DNA of 64,000 nucleotides from Schmidtea polychroa (Eukaryota): NCBI GenBank assembly GCA_044892525.1, contig CM097885.1, positions 53,260,001 to 53,324,000 of the forward strand, read 5' to 3'. Shown piece by piece: positions 24,201 to 36,770 of this stretch (position 1 is its first letter; each line of letters starts with the position of its first letter). The notes under the pieces were generated by a model. It saw only the letters and a program-made list of their open reading frames with translations, ran no database searches and was not told where the DNA came from. The position numbers and the translations under genes were made by a program.

Positions 24201-25613
24201 TTTTGCATATATTTAAAATTTTAATTTATATATTAAACTAATTTTTTTTTTCGATTTTCTTTAATTTTGTTTTGTTTATAATTTTTCAATTTTATCAAAT
24301 TTATGGCTTTTATAAAATTTACGGTGCCCTTCACTCACGGCGCCCTCTGTGCTTAGCACAGTTAGCACAATGGAAGAGACGGCGCTGAGTCTACTCCTGT
24401 AAGACTTCATAAGCAATTGCAGATTTTAAATATTGATAAAACTCCATATAATTTTTAAAAGTGTATTTATTAAAACAAACTAATTATCAAATTAATAATT
24501 GCTAAATTTCTATTAGTACAACTACTTACTGACAGTGAATATACGTAATATGTAGGGAGAAAAATCAATACATACGCATATGCCAGTAACAATAGCTATA
24601 AGATAATCAAAAAATTATATGAATTGTAAAAGTAAAGAATCCTTCACATTTATGACTTGCTGATTCAGGAAAAATTGAAATTACTCATTAATCAAGACTT
24701 ATTCTTGAGTGTCGTTCCTTTTTTACTTAATAAAGAAACACTAATCTTCCAATAACATTCTTCATAAAAGAAGTCTTGTCTACAGCGGAAATGTCGCTTC
24801 TTCTTTTTAGATTCTTTGCTGATGAAAACAAATCTTTGATCCATACTTCGGAATTCTTGTACACCATTTCTTTTGATACTATTGATTTCATTATAAAGAA
24901 TAATCTAATGTTTCTTAAACTTTAAATATAAAGAAGAAATCAATATTTATAGCGCGCAATCTTTTTTCTGATAAATCTTAAACCTTTTAATGAAGCTACA
25001 ATCAAAACGACAAAACTCATTTGTTTTAACTACAGGTGAAGAAAAACTTTTCTTCATAGCCCTATTATGCCGTGTGTATTGCTATATTATTGATGGAGTT
25101 AAAGAAATCTCTATTTTTGTTCTTCATACTAATCGACTTATAAAAAACTAATATTTTACAAAATAAAAGAAAATATGCCATTTCTATTCCTAACAACTTT
25201 ATTAATGACATAAACAGAAATGTTTTATCGGATCGAGTTCAAGAAAGTATTGATAAAAAAATGTTTAATGAAAATCTCATAAATGTAATGATTGATTTGA
25301 CAAAAATATAGTAGTGATATTTTAACAGACTTGTCCGTCAACGAGTTTTATGACAGGATCAGTTGACAAGGATCCTTTGAAACACGCTATTGTTACATTT
25401 GCCAAAGATAAAGTCAACTATTCGATTAATACCGATGACATAATGATGACCGGGCGTTTATTGGATTCGGAATTGGAATATTCTTCCACTCTTTTTAATC
25501 TTTCTGCATCGGAACTTAATCGAACTAGAATTAACGCTGCGAAATCATGTTTTCTTGACGGTGAAGATAAACAAAGTTTGATAAACCATTTAGCTACGTT
25601 TAATATTAAATAA
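18263..25613 (+). CDS. ADA: Adenosine deaminase, 4 exons: 18263-18484, 23097-23382, 23433-23668, 25329-25613 (342 aa)
   Basis: Metal and catalytic motifs ELHSHIDGS, VVGIDIAGDE, HRTVHAGE, ERIGHG, HFETCP and YSINTDD. GT-AG introns keep the frame. Confidence 0.92.
19880..21032 (+). mobile_element. Heavily decayed Gypsy gag-pol remnant in ADA intron 1
   Basis: Knuckle CKRCNLQGHKETDC and an RT-like end (GLMGKVLMGL...AVAYLD) truncated by the hAT insertion at 21033. Many stops. Confidence 0.55.
21033..21905 (+). mobile_element. Truncated hAT (Buster/Charlie, GTF2IRD2-like) element
   Basis: Left TIR CAGGGGTCGGCAAC, preceded by ACCTAGAC (NNNTANNN). Fragments WTESFSFICNTDGLSTCLICH and QTRGEDIANFVQ. 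Right end not found. Confidence 0.65.
22122..22983. repeat. About 860-bp imperfect palindrome (fold-back element)
   Basis: TTTTGGCGGCGATGGTGGATTTCGTCAGAAAAATC near 22200 mirrors the sequence near 22870-22903. Symmetry continues to the centre TCTAAA-C-TTTAGG at 22609. Confidence 0.85.
23927..24387. mobile_element. Non-autonomous hAT MITE in ADA intron 3
   Basis: 8-bp TSD AGTCTACT (23919-23926, 24388-24395). Imperfect TIR CAAAGGCGTC / GACGGCGCTG. Confidence 0.8.
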
Positions 25614-26319
25614 ACTGCGATTTATTTCTTTACTTAATTTGTTTTTAAACATTAATATATTGTTTATTTTGTTGTACATCCTTCTCAATATTTCGACACT
25701 TTGGACAGTGGCTGCGTAGCTTTTGTATCACTTTGTAAAAAGTTTTGCAGAGCTCCATTTAATATTTAAATTATTGTTAGTGTGTTCTGGATGTAATGGA
25801 TTTTAATGAAAATAACATAAACATAGAATTTTGATAAGCAACAAGGAAAAATAATGATATTTGTGTTGCATAAAATGCACAAATACATTTAAAAGTGCGA
25901 AAATTCAATGGTGAAGCTGTAAAAATCAAAACTTGGATTAAAAATAAAATTAATTGAAATCAGAATTGTCGAATTGTAATATGGTTTCCGTAGCAACTAT
26001 TCGTCCTACTTACCTATATGACTATTGACTCCCCCAGATACACCCGCGGAGACCGCGCATAGTCTTCGCGTTAGTACTGTGTTTAGGGATTGGAAATTAT
26101 TGAGTATGTGAGGGAACTTTTAACATTACTGCGCGAACAACTTTCTCTTTCATATTACGATGGTTGGTAGAAGGTCTTAGGTCACTTTCTCTTTCATTGC
26201 CTTTCTACGAAAACAAAATTATCTTTATATCGGCTCTTACTAGATTATTACATTTTTACTATTTTATTAAAAATATTTAAGTAAGAAAAACAAAGCAGTA
26301 TTATTATTTAACTAAACAA

Positions 26320-27540
26320 TTACATGAAGTTTCCAGGTACATTTATGGGTATGGCGTCAATGTTTACTCCAAAAAAAGTTTTGCCGAGGAGTACTTCTAT
26401 GGGAGGAACATAGTGTGAAAAAATTAAATTTGCTGCATTTGTTAGGTCTAAGCTTCTCTGGACTCTACTTTCCATAATTAGGTAGTCACGATAGTTGATA
26501 AGTCGATGCAACTTCTGGTTTAATTCATTTACGTGGTAGGAGTTAACCATGTTCCTGCGCGACTTCTAGTTGCTGTAACGTGTCCTTTAATCGAGCATGC
26601 AATTTGATTATCTCACTTTTCTTCTTTGTGCAAGCTTTACATTGGTCAGTTAATATAAACATCAGCTGATAACAAAAGAAAATTTAAAATAAAAACAACT
26701 TAAGAAAATTATTTTGATAAACATATACAGTAGTTTCAAGCATTATGTTAATTTCTGACTCTCCCATTCATACCAATTACATAAATAAGTTACATATATA
26801 AACATTTTTTTGGGTAAAGGAAAAAGAATTCCTAAATCCATTTACAAATATGACATTGTTTTCTCACTACATTAAAAGGTACAGCTACTATTTCGATTTA
26901 TATGAATTGTTTATTGCTATTACGGACATTAAAGACGATTCCTGGTTTTCAAAAATTCTGTATTGGGCTCTGTAGACGATACTTTCGTCATTCATGATGC
27001 TTAGTTCTATAAACAAGACTGATAATAGAAGAAAAGAGTAGGGTAACTCAGCACGACGAGTAACATAATGTAGCTTCACTTTAGCAATATCTTAGATTCG
27101 GATATATTGCTCGTTGTTCTCATTTCAGTGAACTTTTTATAGAACTGGATCCTCATTCAGAAAGATAAATTGATCATTGTCTTGCAAGGTGTCGAGTGAG
27201 ACGTTCTTCAAAGAATCAGATGTGAAAATTCGATACTTGAGCCCTGATCGCTGGAAGGGAATTACTTGTCCAGATTCTCCAATTTGACAAGATTATACAT
27301 TTCGGTCATATTTAGATTTGTTTAATAGATGCATTTCAATAATTAATGTCGAGTTAAAAATGTCAAATGAAATTGGATAAACATTCGAAGTTGGGAAAGG
27401 TGCGTCGTTATACCCAACTAAATCTTCTTGGAAATTTGTAGAGCTGTGCTGAATCAAATACCAGAGAATGCATGTGGATTCATTTTTCGTCACCCAAAAT
27501 CTTCTCCAAAAAATGGTGGAGTAATATGGCAGATTCCCCT
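26320..27540 (-). pseudogene. Decayed coding sequence of unknown family
   Basis: ORFs 27293-27493 and 26888-27079 share a frame and are bridged by protein-like sequence with a few stops. A further exon-like block (CKACTKKKSEIIKLHARLKDTLQQLE, frameshift, then MVNSYHVNELNQKLHRL...) follows a ttttgttatcag acceptor. Confidence 0.35.
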
Positions 27541-28593
27541 ACTGTTCATTCATGCTCATCCTTCTAAGCGCTGAATTTTATAACTACCCCAACCGCCTCA
27601 AGATCCCCACCAACCTGAGAGCCAGTTGTGTATCTTGCTACGATTACTCATTGAGAGTCTGCTTTCTAGGTCGAGGTCTATTCCTGGCAAAAGGAAGGTG
27701 ACTTTCGATGTGTCAATCCTCCAAACACCTCGAGATCGACTACCTTTCGGGCTCGAACTAGGTGTCGACCGATTCAGAAAGTATCATGTAATAAATGAAT
27801 GAAGATGAAACCAGAATTAAAGTAATACAATAGTTAAGTAGATTGAAATCATAAAATACAAAACAGACTCTTACTATCAAATGGGCATAAATTTTTTGCA
27901 AAGTCAGAGTTGTAAGTTGTAAAGAAAAATTTAAAGTTGCTAAGGTTAAAATTTAAAATCTTAAAAAGATTAGTCATGTCAAAAATCCACTTTTATATAC
28001 AAATTTTGTGCGTATGTGTGTATATGTCAATCAATCATGACGGATCCGCCCACGTATTTCGAGATTTTTAGCTAGCCAATCTCATGAGTTTTATTATTAT
28101 AATTCTTTTTCTATAGATTTATGTCCTTTTCGTGGTTTTTCTTATAATTCTTTTATTTCCTTTTTTTATATTCTGATTCCTTATGTTTGGATCTTTTTCA
28201 GCAATTTTATTTTCTTTTATGGCTTTTTCGTTGTTTGTTAATTTGAAATTGTGTTATGATCGTAATTTCTTGTTTCATGTTAATTTATTATATTTGTATT
28301 ATTTAATCAATTAAATGTGTTTTTATTTTATTATTTTTGTTTTAGCTGATGATTTACATTATTTTTATATAAATTTAGAGAAAACAGGTGATTTTTAAAA
28401 ATAAAATTATTAATAGCAATTAAACAATGCAATTTTTCGTACAAATAATAAATATTAATAATAATTATATTACTTTTAGTAATTAATATTTACTAAAAAT
28501 AGAAAATAATATTAATTAGTTTAAAGATTTTATATAAATAAAGTCAGACTAAGAGGGTAGAGACAAAAAAAAATTTGATTCAATCGTATAAAC

Positions 28594-29245
28594 AAGGGGT
28601 GGCCAACCTTTTTGGTAAAAGGGCCATTACAATATTTTTGAATAATGCGGCGGGCCGCAGGTTTGAAAGGCGTAAATTTTTAACTAATGCTTCTGTGCTA
28701 ATTCCAACTAAGGAACAGGAGAAGCGCAGTAATAGCCCGTAGTGGGGTCTGAGACAACCGCTAAAAAAACAATAAAGCATTTGCGTGCATGTTAAATAAA
28801 TTATGCTTCTTAGGTACAGGATAAACTGGCACTATTTCTACTTGATAGCCCTGATTATAAAGCATAATGAATCGGGCAAATTTTCAAAATGTAGCATACA
28901 AAACTAATTGGTTAAAATAGATAAAAATATGAAATAAACAAAGTTTGCACGATTATTAATTATCTGGAAGCAATATGATATATGCACCGTAAATTGACGA
29001 TCAACAAAAGTAACACAGTTATTAAATTATGCAATTTACCTTTTTAATTTATTGGTTAGGTTTCGTTTTTTTGATAAAAATTTTTATAGTTGGTATTGTA
29101 ATTATTAACTATATATTCTTTGTGTTGCATTTATTACATTTTTTGTATTATATCGTATTTTAAAAAGTTTTTATTATATTTTCAAAATATTAAAGCATGC
29201 GGGCCGCCAATTGATGACCCGCGGGCCGCCGGTTGGCCACTCCTG
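28594..29245. mobile_element. Non-autonomous hAT (Buster/Charlie-type) MITE
   Basis: 8-bp TSD GTATAAAC (28586-28593, 29246-29253). TIR AAGGGGTGGCCAACC / GGTTGGCCACTCCTG. Subterminal GCGGGCCGC motifs. Confidence 0.85.
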
Positions 29246-30841
29246 GTATAAACAAATATATCGTTAGGAATGTATAAATAGAAATGGCACAGATCTACAG
29301 TTAGGGAGTGAGATAATAAGAAAACTAAACTGAGCGATAATTTATTGATTCCTTCAAAGTTCTAACTATATATTTGTTGGGATTGTCTAGATTAGTATAG
29401 AATAAAGTTTAAATGCACAAATTTCATATTGTTAATTAATTTATTCAATAACTTATTTACATATCAACTTTTTCTAAAATACATATTGGATAGTATTATT
29501 CGTATCCCGACTATACGAACCTAACAGATAAATAAGACTTATTCCAAAATGAACTTTTACACTCCTTAAATTATATTTTAACAAGGATAGATGTCGAATA
29601 TTTAAACATAATAATCATTTATATTATCGACACAACTAATAATTAAATAAAATAAATATTAAAAAATTTTAGAAAATTTGATAGGTTTCGAATAAATATG
29701 TGAAAGTCTTTTAGATAACAAAGCTTTATATCGCATTTTTATTTTCTAGAAAACTTGAACAAATGTTTATTATACTATTTATTACTTATTTTATATTTAA
29801 TTAATGGTACTACTAATGAAAAATTAAATTTATAAATTATTATTATAAAGAATTCAAAAAATTACAAAATGTTTGCAAGTCACACAGTAATTGGGATTTT
29901 ATATAAATATTTAATACAATATTCGCATTAAAATTAAAGTTTCCAGAAATCAAGGCCTTATTTGGTCTTTTGCCCTTACCTGACCATATAACTTGGGTGT
30001 CCATGTTTACACTATTGCTATTAAATAACCTCAGTTCTAAACTATAAAATATTTTTTGAGCAACTTATCTTAGGGTAAACTCGTTAATAATATTAACTAA
30101 CCCGTTTACTTCGGTTATTAATAAATTTCGGAAAGCTTATGACTAAAATTTATTTATGATTCTTTAACATATTTCAATTAATTTTATGCGAACAATGGAA
30201 TGATTCTTGAAATATTTTCGACACATCCTTTATCAAATGTTCTGATTTATTGTAATTCAAATAAAATAACTGTTGTATTTGATAATCGGTGAAAAAAAAT
30301 TGTATTAAAAATGTACTAAATACTATTTTTTCAAGAAACATAATATAAATACGATGGCGAGTGATGCAAGGATGTTTTTTTTTGCTTTGAAAAGGTTGTG
30401 AAATAAATCTGAAAAACATACTACTTCAAATTTCTTTTATCAGTATTTTAAAAAATAAATTATTCGAAAATAAAAATATCCTTAAAAATATTTTAATTTA
30501 ATTAAATAAAAATTTATTAAATTAATGATGGATTAATGGTAAGTATTTTTACTATTTTTATGTTAAATTTTACTACCGTATCAATAACGCATTTTTTTAA
30601 TTATTTATTTATTATATATATAAATTTAATAAAAAGATAAATAGTTAAAATTATATTTTATAGAATACAAACTAATATTGGCAATATTAATCCAAGCATA
30701 TAAAATTATTTTATATTGATAAAGTTTCTTTAATTAAAATATTATAAATAATTCTTCACAATAAATATATAACAAATTTATTAAGAAAATGTTTAATATC
30801 TAAAAATTTGACAACTTTCTGATTTTATTCTTCCTAATTTT

Positions 30842-31251
30842 TTATTTACCATCACAATCAACTTCGGGTCCTTCTTCGCCTTTGGTACAATGACAAGGTG
30901 GACTACCCCAAGATGTTCCTACAGCATGAAGTTCACCTTGAAATCCAGTGCAACCTTTAAAGTTAAAACAATAAATATTAATGAACTAAATATAAAAATG
31001 TTAAATGAATTACTATTGGGGCAATACGCTGGTTGATAGCATCCGGTTTCACCTAAGGGTTTAACTGTACAGCCGAGTTTCTGGAATTCCTCCAATTGTT
31101 CATCGGTGTAGTTTATGCATCTATATAGCATGGTAGCATAAATTTAATATTAAATATAAAAAATAATTTCTTACAGCATGGTTATAGATTGGGACTGATG
31201 AACATAAGTTAGAGCTACCAAAGCAAAGAAAGCCAGAGTTACTTGTTTCAT
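30842..31251 (-). CDS. Small secreted 8-Cys protein, paralog A (98 aa); exons 31251-31175, 31120-31014, 30954-30842
   Basis: Spliced product: MKQVTLAFFALVALTYVHQSQSITMLCINYTDEQLEEFQKLGCTVKPLGETGCYQPAYCPNSCTGFQGELHAVGTSWGSPPCHCTKGEEGPEVDCDGK. GT-AG introns of 54 and 59 nt. Exon lengths 77/107/113 match paralog B exactly. TATAAA lies upstream. Confidence 0.85.
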
Positions 31252-31987
31252 ATTGAAATATAAATGGGTTGTAACAAAATCCATCCCAATTTATAGAGAA
31301 TGAATTAATTTTCGTTTCAATTAATTTGTATGCCGGCAATTATGTTTTTAATTTAAAATACAATTCAAACGGACATTCAAATATAATTTGAAGACCGAAA
31401 TGATTAACTGGATGTCATTATCATTATTGTTTTTACTATGAATCAGTATTCGGAATTGTCGTAATTATTGAATCTTTTTATTTTGCTTTTTTAATATGAA
31501 TTTAGGAAATTTATTTTTGAATGAACTATGGTAGAAGGAAAAATAAATGCTTTAAATTTCATTTTTAGAATTTATTGTTTTATTAAATATATTGTAATTT
31601 TTTTGTTTAAATCTACACATAATATTACATATAATATTCTGTCAATAAATTCATTTTTTTTGAATCGGAAATAAAATAGTTGACATTTTGTTTCACAGTT
31701 TTTAAAAGTATATTATTAGAAAATATTTAATAAATAATTTTTTTATTTGAAATAACTCTAAAAAAAATTTTTAAATAATCTTTGTAGGTAACAGATTCAG
31801 ATATTTAAAACACTACTTTTTAATTTAGTAATTTTCTGATGTTTTTACTTTCTTTGTTAATATTATGCTCCACAAATGGTCTTTTAGAGTGTGTCACAGC
31901 ATTTTGATGATTCCATCAAGGTCTTTCCACAAAAGTTCGATAGCACTCAAAATAGAAGATCTTAAATGGCAAATCACTGTTTTAATA

Positions 31988-33243
31988 CAGGGTAACCAAC
32001 AATAACTTGAACAAATTTTTCCGGTATTTTTAAAATGGCGTTCAATAAAAACAAATACTATTTATTGAGCATTAATAACAAATGTCTAAAGAATATAAAT
32101 TGATGTTAGTTTTCAAAATGACCTTCCTTCAACTTAATGCAGTTTAAAATGCTTGGTGAAGTTCTCTGTGGTGGGCCGCAACTCCCGACATTGTGAATTT
32201 ATCTTATTCCGGCGCAGTGAGCGCTTGAGAGCCTCCAAACTGTTTGTGACTTAGCTCAGGTCCTTGACTCCAAAATTGACAACACACTGTGGTCCAATGG
32301 GTTTAGATCATATGAGTAGAGAGGCCATTCTTGAGCTGAAATTAAATTTTGGAAATTAGCCTTATACCATTCCTCAGTGGTTTTTGCTAGATGAGAGGAT
32401 GCAGTCTTGCTGAAAGGTTCATAATTGATTGCCAAAATGCTGTTGGACCCATTAAAGTATCATATCTTTCGAAATATATTTTATATAAACGTCTTTGTTG
32501 ATTTTTATCTCAGAAACAAATAAAGCAAGGGGAGTTTTGTCAGTTGAGCAAATTCCTGCCCTTACCATTACAGATTTTGGGTATTGGGGATGTTGAACAA
32601 TGAATACTTGCCTGGAGAGCATATTGACTAAATCCGATCGTTTTGAGAATTGCAGTTTGCTCCAATAAGAACTTTTAATCAGAAAGCAGAATTCGCTTCC
32701 AATTCAGAATCGAGGCCCGATCGAGATATCTCTCAATTTTATTTCGTCTGTTGTCATTGATGAGCATTTGTTTGAGTTTGAATGGAGGAAAATTGAGCTC
32801 CTTTTTAGCAATCATTCGAACCGATTCACGAGTGATTCCCGTTTGATGAACAATTTTCCTCACTGACACATGTAAATTTCGGATGACGCCCTTTCTGATA
32901 ATTTTCCGGTTCCGGGAACTGTTGATTGTTAGTTTGGTTACTTGCCCGACTCGGTCACTATCATTCCTGAGTTTTTTTGAATCGATTCACGGCATAGGAA
33001 ACCTTTTATTTTGGCACATCAAGCAAACGAACTATTTCGGCTTTTCGCTTCCCTTGATGATGAAGAGCTGGAATTGATGTACGTTAAAATTTTATTCTAC
33101 AATTCAAAAATAAATATTTTATTAGTAATGTAAAGACAAAGCACATGTAAACAAACATGTTAGAAAATCTAATAAAAAAGACATTAGAGCAAAAACTAAA
33201 AGTTGAAAACTTTCTGATTTGAACGTTGTTTCTGATCACCATG
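31988..33243 (-). mobile_element. Degenerate Tc1/mariner element, probably DD37D (maT)
   Basis: TA-flanked ends CAGGGTAACC / TGATCACCATG. Frameshifted transposase fragments ILLSD, FQQD and WPLYSYDLNPLD. About 37 residues lie between the 2nd and 3rd Asp after frameshift repair. Confidence 0.7.
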
Positions 33244-34117
33244 TATTGCTACTAAGTTATCCAACTAATTTGGACATACACGGAAATGAAGTATCAGAAA
33301 TTTGGTTAATTTGACACATGATGGATGGTATGGATCATTCGTTTTGACAATGTTTAAAAAAGTATCAGTAAAATGTCAGTGGAGAAAATAATGCACCAGT
33401 AACTCCTCATTTAAGTCAAGGATAATGCGAGTGAGGGTAAAAGTAAGGGTCCGCTAAAAATTTAAAACGGGTCACATGAACACATTATGATTTCAAACAA
33501 TTCTTTCATAGAAGATTTAAAATTATCTTAATAATAGACTGAAGATTTTGGAAATGTTGTTATGGGAAGAACTCAGGTTGAGTTTTTTCTGTTCTTTAAT
33601 TGAAAATGCAATATATTACGATAATCAGAGAGGATTAAAAATGTTTTTAATTAGAGAAGAGTTATTTTTACAATAAAATTAGAGAGTTTTGCTGAAAATT
33701 ATAATGAAATTTTGATAAAACATTATGAATAGAATATAACAAATGATAACAAACACAGATATAACCTATAATAGTCAATATAGTTAATAAGGATCCATAA
33801 ATAATAAAGAAAAAAAGATCGATTAAAACAAATATTTATTGAAACAAGTTAATGTAACCAATGTATATAATTTATGACAAGCAAAATGTGAGTAGGCTAT
33901 AATATGATTCAATACCAAATATTCTCAGATTATTGGATTGTCAAAATGAAATTTCGCCACAAATCTGTCTGTATTGTTTTAAATAATTAAAAAAGAGATT
34001 TCGTTTATACAAGAATGTATACTGAATAATACTGATACCCAACGACTGTGGAATCATGACCTCACACTAAACTCTCACTGTGTTAACCTGTCCAATTCGG
34101 TGTCACCAATGCATCTA

Positions 34118-34333
34118 CCGTATTTTCCCGCATATAACCCGCATTCGCAGATAACCGTCATACTCAGATACCCCACAAGTTTTTAAGTTTTGTGTAAAAA
34201 TTAAGCAATATAGTAAAATAACAAATACTTGTAAAAAATGTTTGATATAACCCGCGCTCATATATACCCCGTACCCCCCTGTGGGATACGTAAAATTCGG
34301 TATAACCCGCGGGTTATATGCGGGAAAATACGG
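34118..34333. mobile_element. Tc1/mariner-superfamily MITE (216 bp)
   Basis: Perfect 25-bp TIR CCGTATTTTCCCGCATATAACCCGC, TA TSD on both sides, internal ATAACCCG repeats. Confidence 0.9.
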
Positions 34334-35093
34334 TAATCATGTATTTTGAAATATTAAATGAACTATTTGAACCTCAATGATTGTTTCTTTTATTTAAACG
34401 TAAAACAGACCGTCACAAATCCTTGTTGTCACAATACATTTACGTTGTTATTTTGTAAATTGTAGAATTTTACATTTCCCATATTAAAACTAGAATATAT
34501 TATCAAAAGTGACAAATTTCTTCTCACCTTAGTCAATAAGGATGATATATATGTCAGTTTAAAATTTCAACTTAATTGATTGTGGAATAATGAAGTAATG
34601 GCACAAAATGTGGGTGGGTCGATTAGGCTGTCCGACACTGTATGTTTATGCTATTTGTTAGTGTTATATATAAAAGGTAATTTTGAAAATACGCAAATTC
34701 AATAGAAAATTTATAAAAATATATTTATTAATTAATTAACACTGAAATAAATTTGAATTACTTTCTACATTGTTTTGTTTCTGAAATTAAAAAAAAATAA
34801 TTCTTAGATTAAAATAAATCACTTTTCTCAATATTTTACATTGGAATGAGTAATATTTATGAGTGAAACAATGATAATATGATTACTAACGCGTTCAGTA
34901 AAGTGAGATCTGAAAAGAATAATGTTGGTTCTTACACACTGATTTCAGATGACCAGACACATTCAGTTCTATGTCAGTTTTATTGTGTGGTGAGCGATGA
35001 TTGAAAGGTAGGATCATCTTCTATAAAACCTAAACCGTCTTGAACTTGAGTATAAATAAAAATTTGTATCAATATTTTGTTAGTTTTACTACA

Positions 35094-35489
35094 ATGAATA
35101 AATTGACATTAATTTTATTTACTTGTCTTATTTTTGTTTATATCAATGAATCTGAGTCTATTACATTGTTGTAAGTCTCTAAATTGGTTTTCTGGATCAT
35201 TTTCAATTTCTATGAATTTCTAGATGCATTACATATTCCAATGAAGATGTGATGAAACTTCGTGGGCTCGGTTGCACTGTGAAACTTCGAGGCCAATCTG
35301 GATGTTATCATCCAGCATTTTGTCCAAACAGTAATCAAATTTATTAATTTGAATTAAAAATCTAATCAATTTTTAGGTTGTACTGGATTCCAAGGTGAAA
35401 TTCACGATGTCGGCACTTCATGGGGAAATCCACCCTGTCATTGTAAAAAAGGACAAGAAGGACCTGAAGTAGACTGTGATGGAAAATAA
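35094..35489 (+). CDS. Small secreted 8-Cys protein, paralog B (98 aa); exons 35094-35170, 35224-35330, 35377-35489
   Basis: Spliced product: MNKLTLILFTCLIFVYINESESITLLCITYSNEDVMKLRGLGCTVKLRGQSGCYHPAFCPNSCTGFQGEIHDVGTSWGNPPCHCKKGQEGPEVDCDGK. GT-AG introns of 53 and 46 nt. TATAAAA at about 35022. Confidence 0.85.
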
Positions 35490-36029
35490 ATTCGTAGTTT
35501 TAAAAATAATTTTCTCAGTATTTGTTATACCATTTGTTATGAAAAAATTTTAAATTTTTTTCAAATATGACTAAGTGTAAAACAAGTTGATAAATTTGTT
35601 TTAATTGTTTTAATTTTCATATTATTTAAGCCAGTGTAAATTTTTTTTTATCTTCTTATTATATACAATTTTAATTTAAACTTTTTACAATTGATTAACG
35701 CCTGTTTATATTTATATGCTATTATAAATTAAAAAAAATAACCAACATTCAGTTTCAAATTAAAGATGAAATCCAAATTGGCAAAATCCACAAAAATCAT
35801 ATTGACTGTCAACCACGATTAAACTCGTAATATTTTATGTAGAGGATGTTTTTTATTGAAAATTTTTTTATCGAAAATAATAATTTCTAAAATAAATACG
35901 TTTATTAGTAAAAATATTAACATTTATTCTATATATATGAATGATATATATTAATTTTATGACCAATACCCCATATGGGAACAAAATATCCTGTCGGATA
36001 AACTCAGAGTATATATAATAAAACGAATT

Positions 36030-36165
36030 AGAAAAAATAAATAAGAAAATATCCGAATTCTATCTTCCATATTTCCTGAGTCAAAAATAAGAAAACGCTC
36101 ACCTCTATTTGTTATTAAATACTGATAATATTGAAGCATCGCCAGTGTGAGGTTTTGTTGAAATC
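36030..36165 (-). mobile_element. Short MULE-like transposase fragment
   Basis: YLITNRGERFLIFDSGNMEDRIRIFS resembles the segment preceding the catalytic domain of invertebrate FLYWCH/MULE transposases. Confidence 0.45.
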
Positions 36166-36770
36166 ACCTGATCCATGGGCGTCCGTTGGGAGGGGGGGGA
36201 GTGCCCCATGGATTTCCCAAACCATTCTATTTTTCGATTAATTTAAACACATTTTAATAGATTCGCTCAAACAATGTTGGAAAAGCCCAAGACAAAAAAA
36301 TTAATAAAAGAATTTAATTTAAAGAAGCTTCTTGTTTTTTTAATGTTATTAATTATATATCTGGAAATCAATGATTTCAAATCATCTTATTTGTATAAAA
36401 AATTTTAATATTAACTGACGTTCTGGTTTTATCAAGTAAGTTACATCATTTTTTTATTTTCAAAATTTTTTAAAATTTATTTGCTAATTATGTATGTCTT
36501 TGTAAATGTACCTTTGAATAATTGGTTAAGGGAATTTTTGAATCAATTTTGCTGTTTGAAAAATACCGTCTGCTTTTTATTTTTGTTATATTGTCAAATC
36601 AAAACATAATATTAATTTTGTTTTTTGCCTTTTTAGAAATGGATATACGAAAGTATTTAAAAATGCAACAAATAAATGTTAATATTTTTACTAATAAACG
36701 TATTTATTTTAGAAATTATTATTTTCGATAAAAAAAGTTTGATGAACAAAAAGGGAATAGTATTATATAT

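Noticed and set aside
30919..31339. Track ORFs 30919-31131 and 31121-31339 as separate proteins
   Set aside because: They are an intron read-through and an off-frame reading of the spliced paralog A gene.
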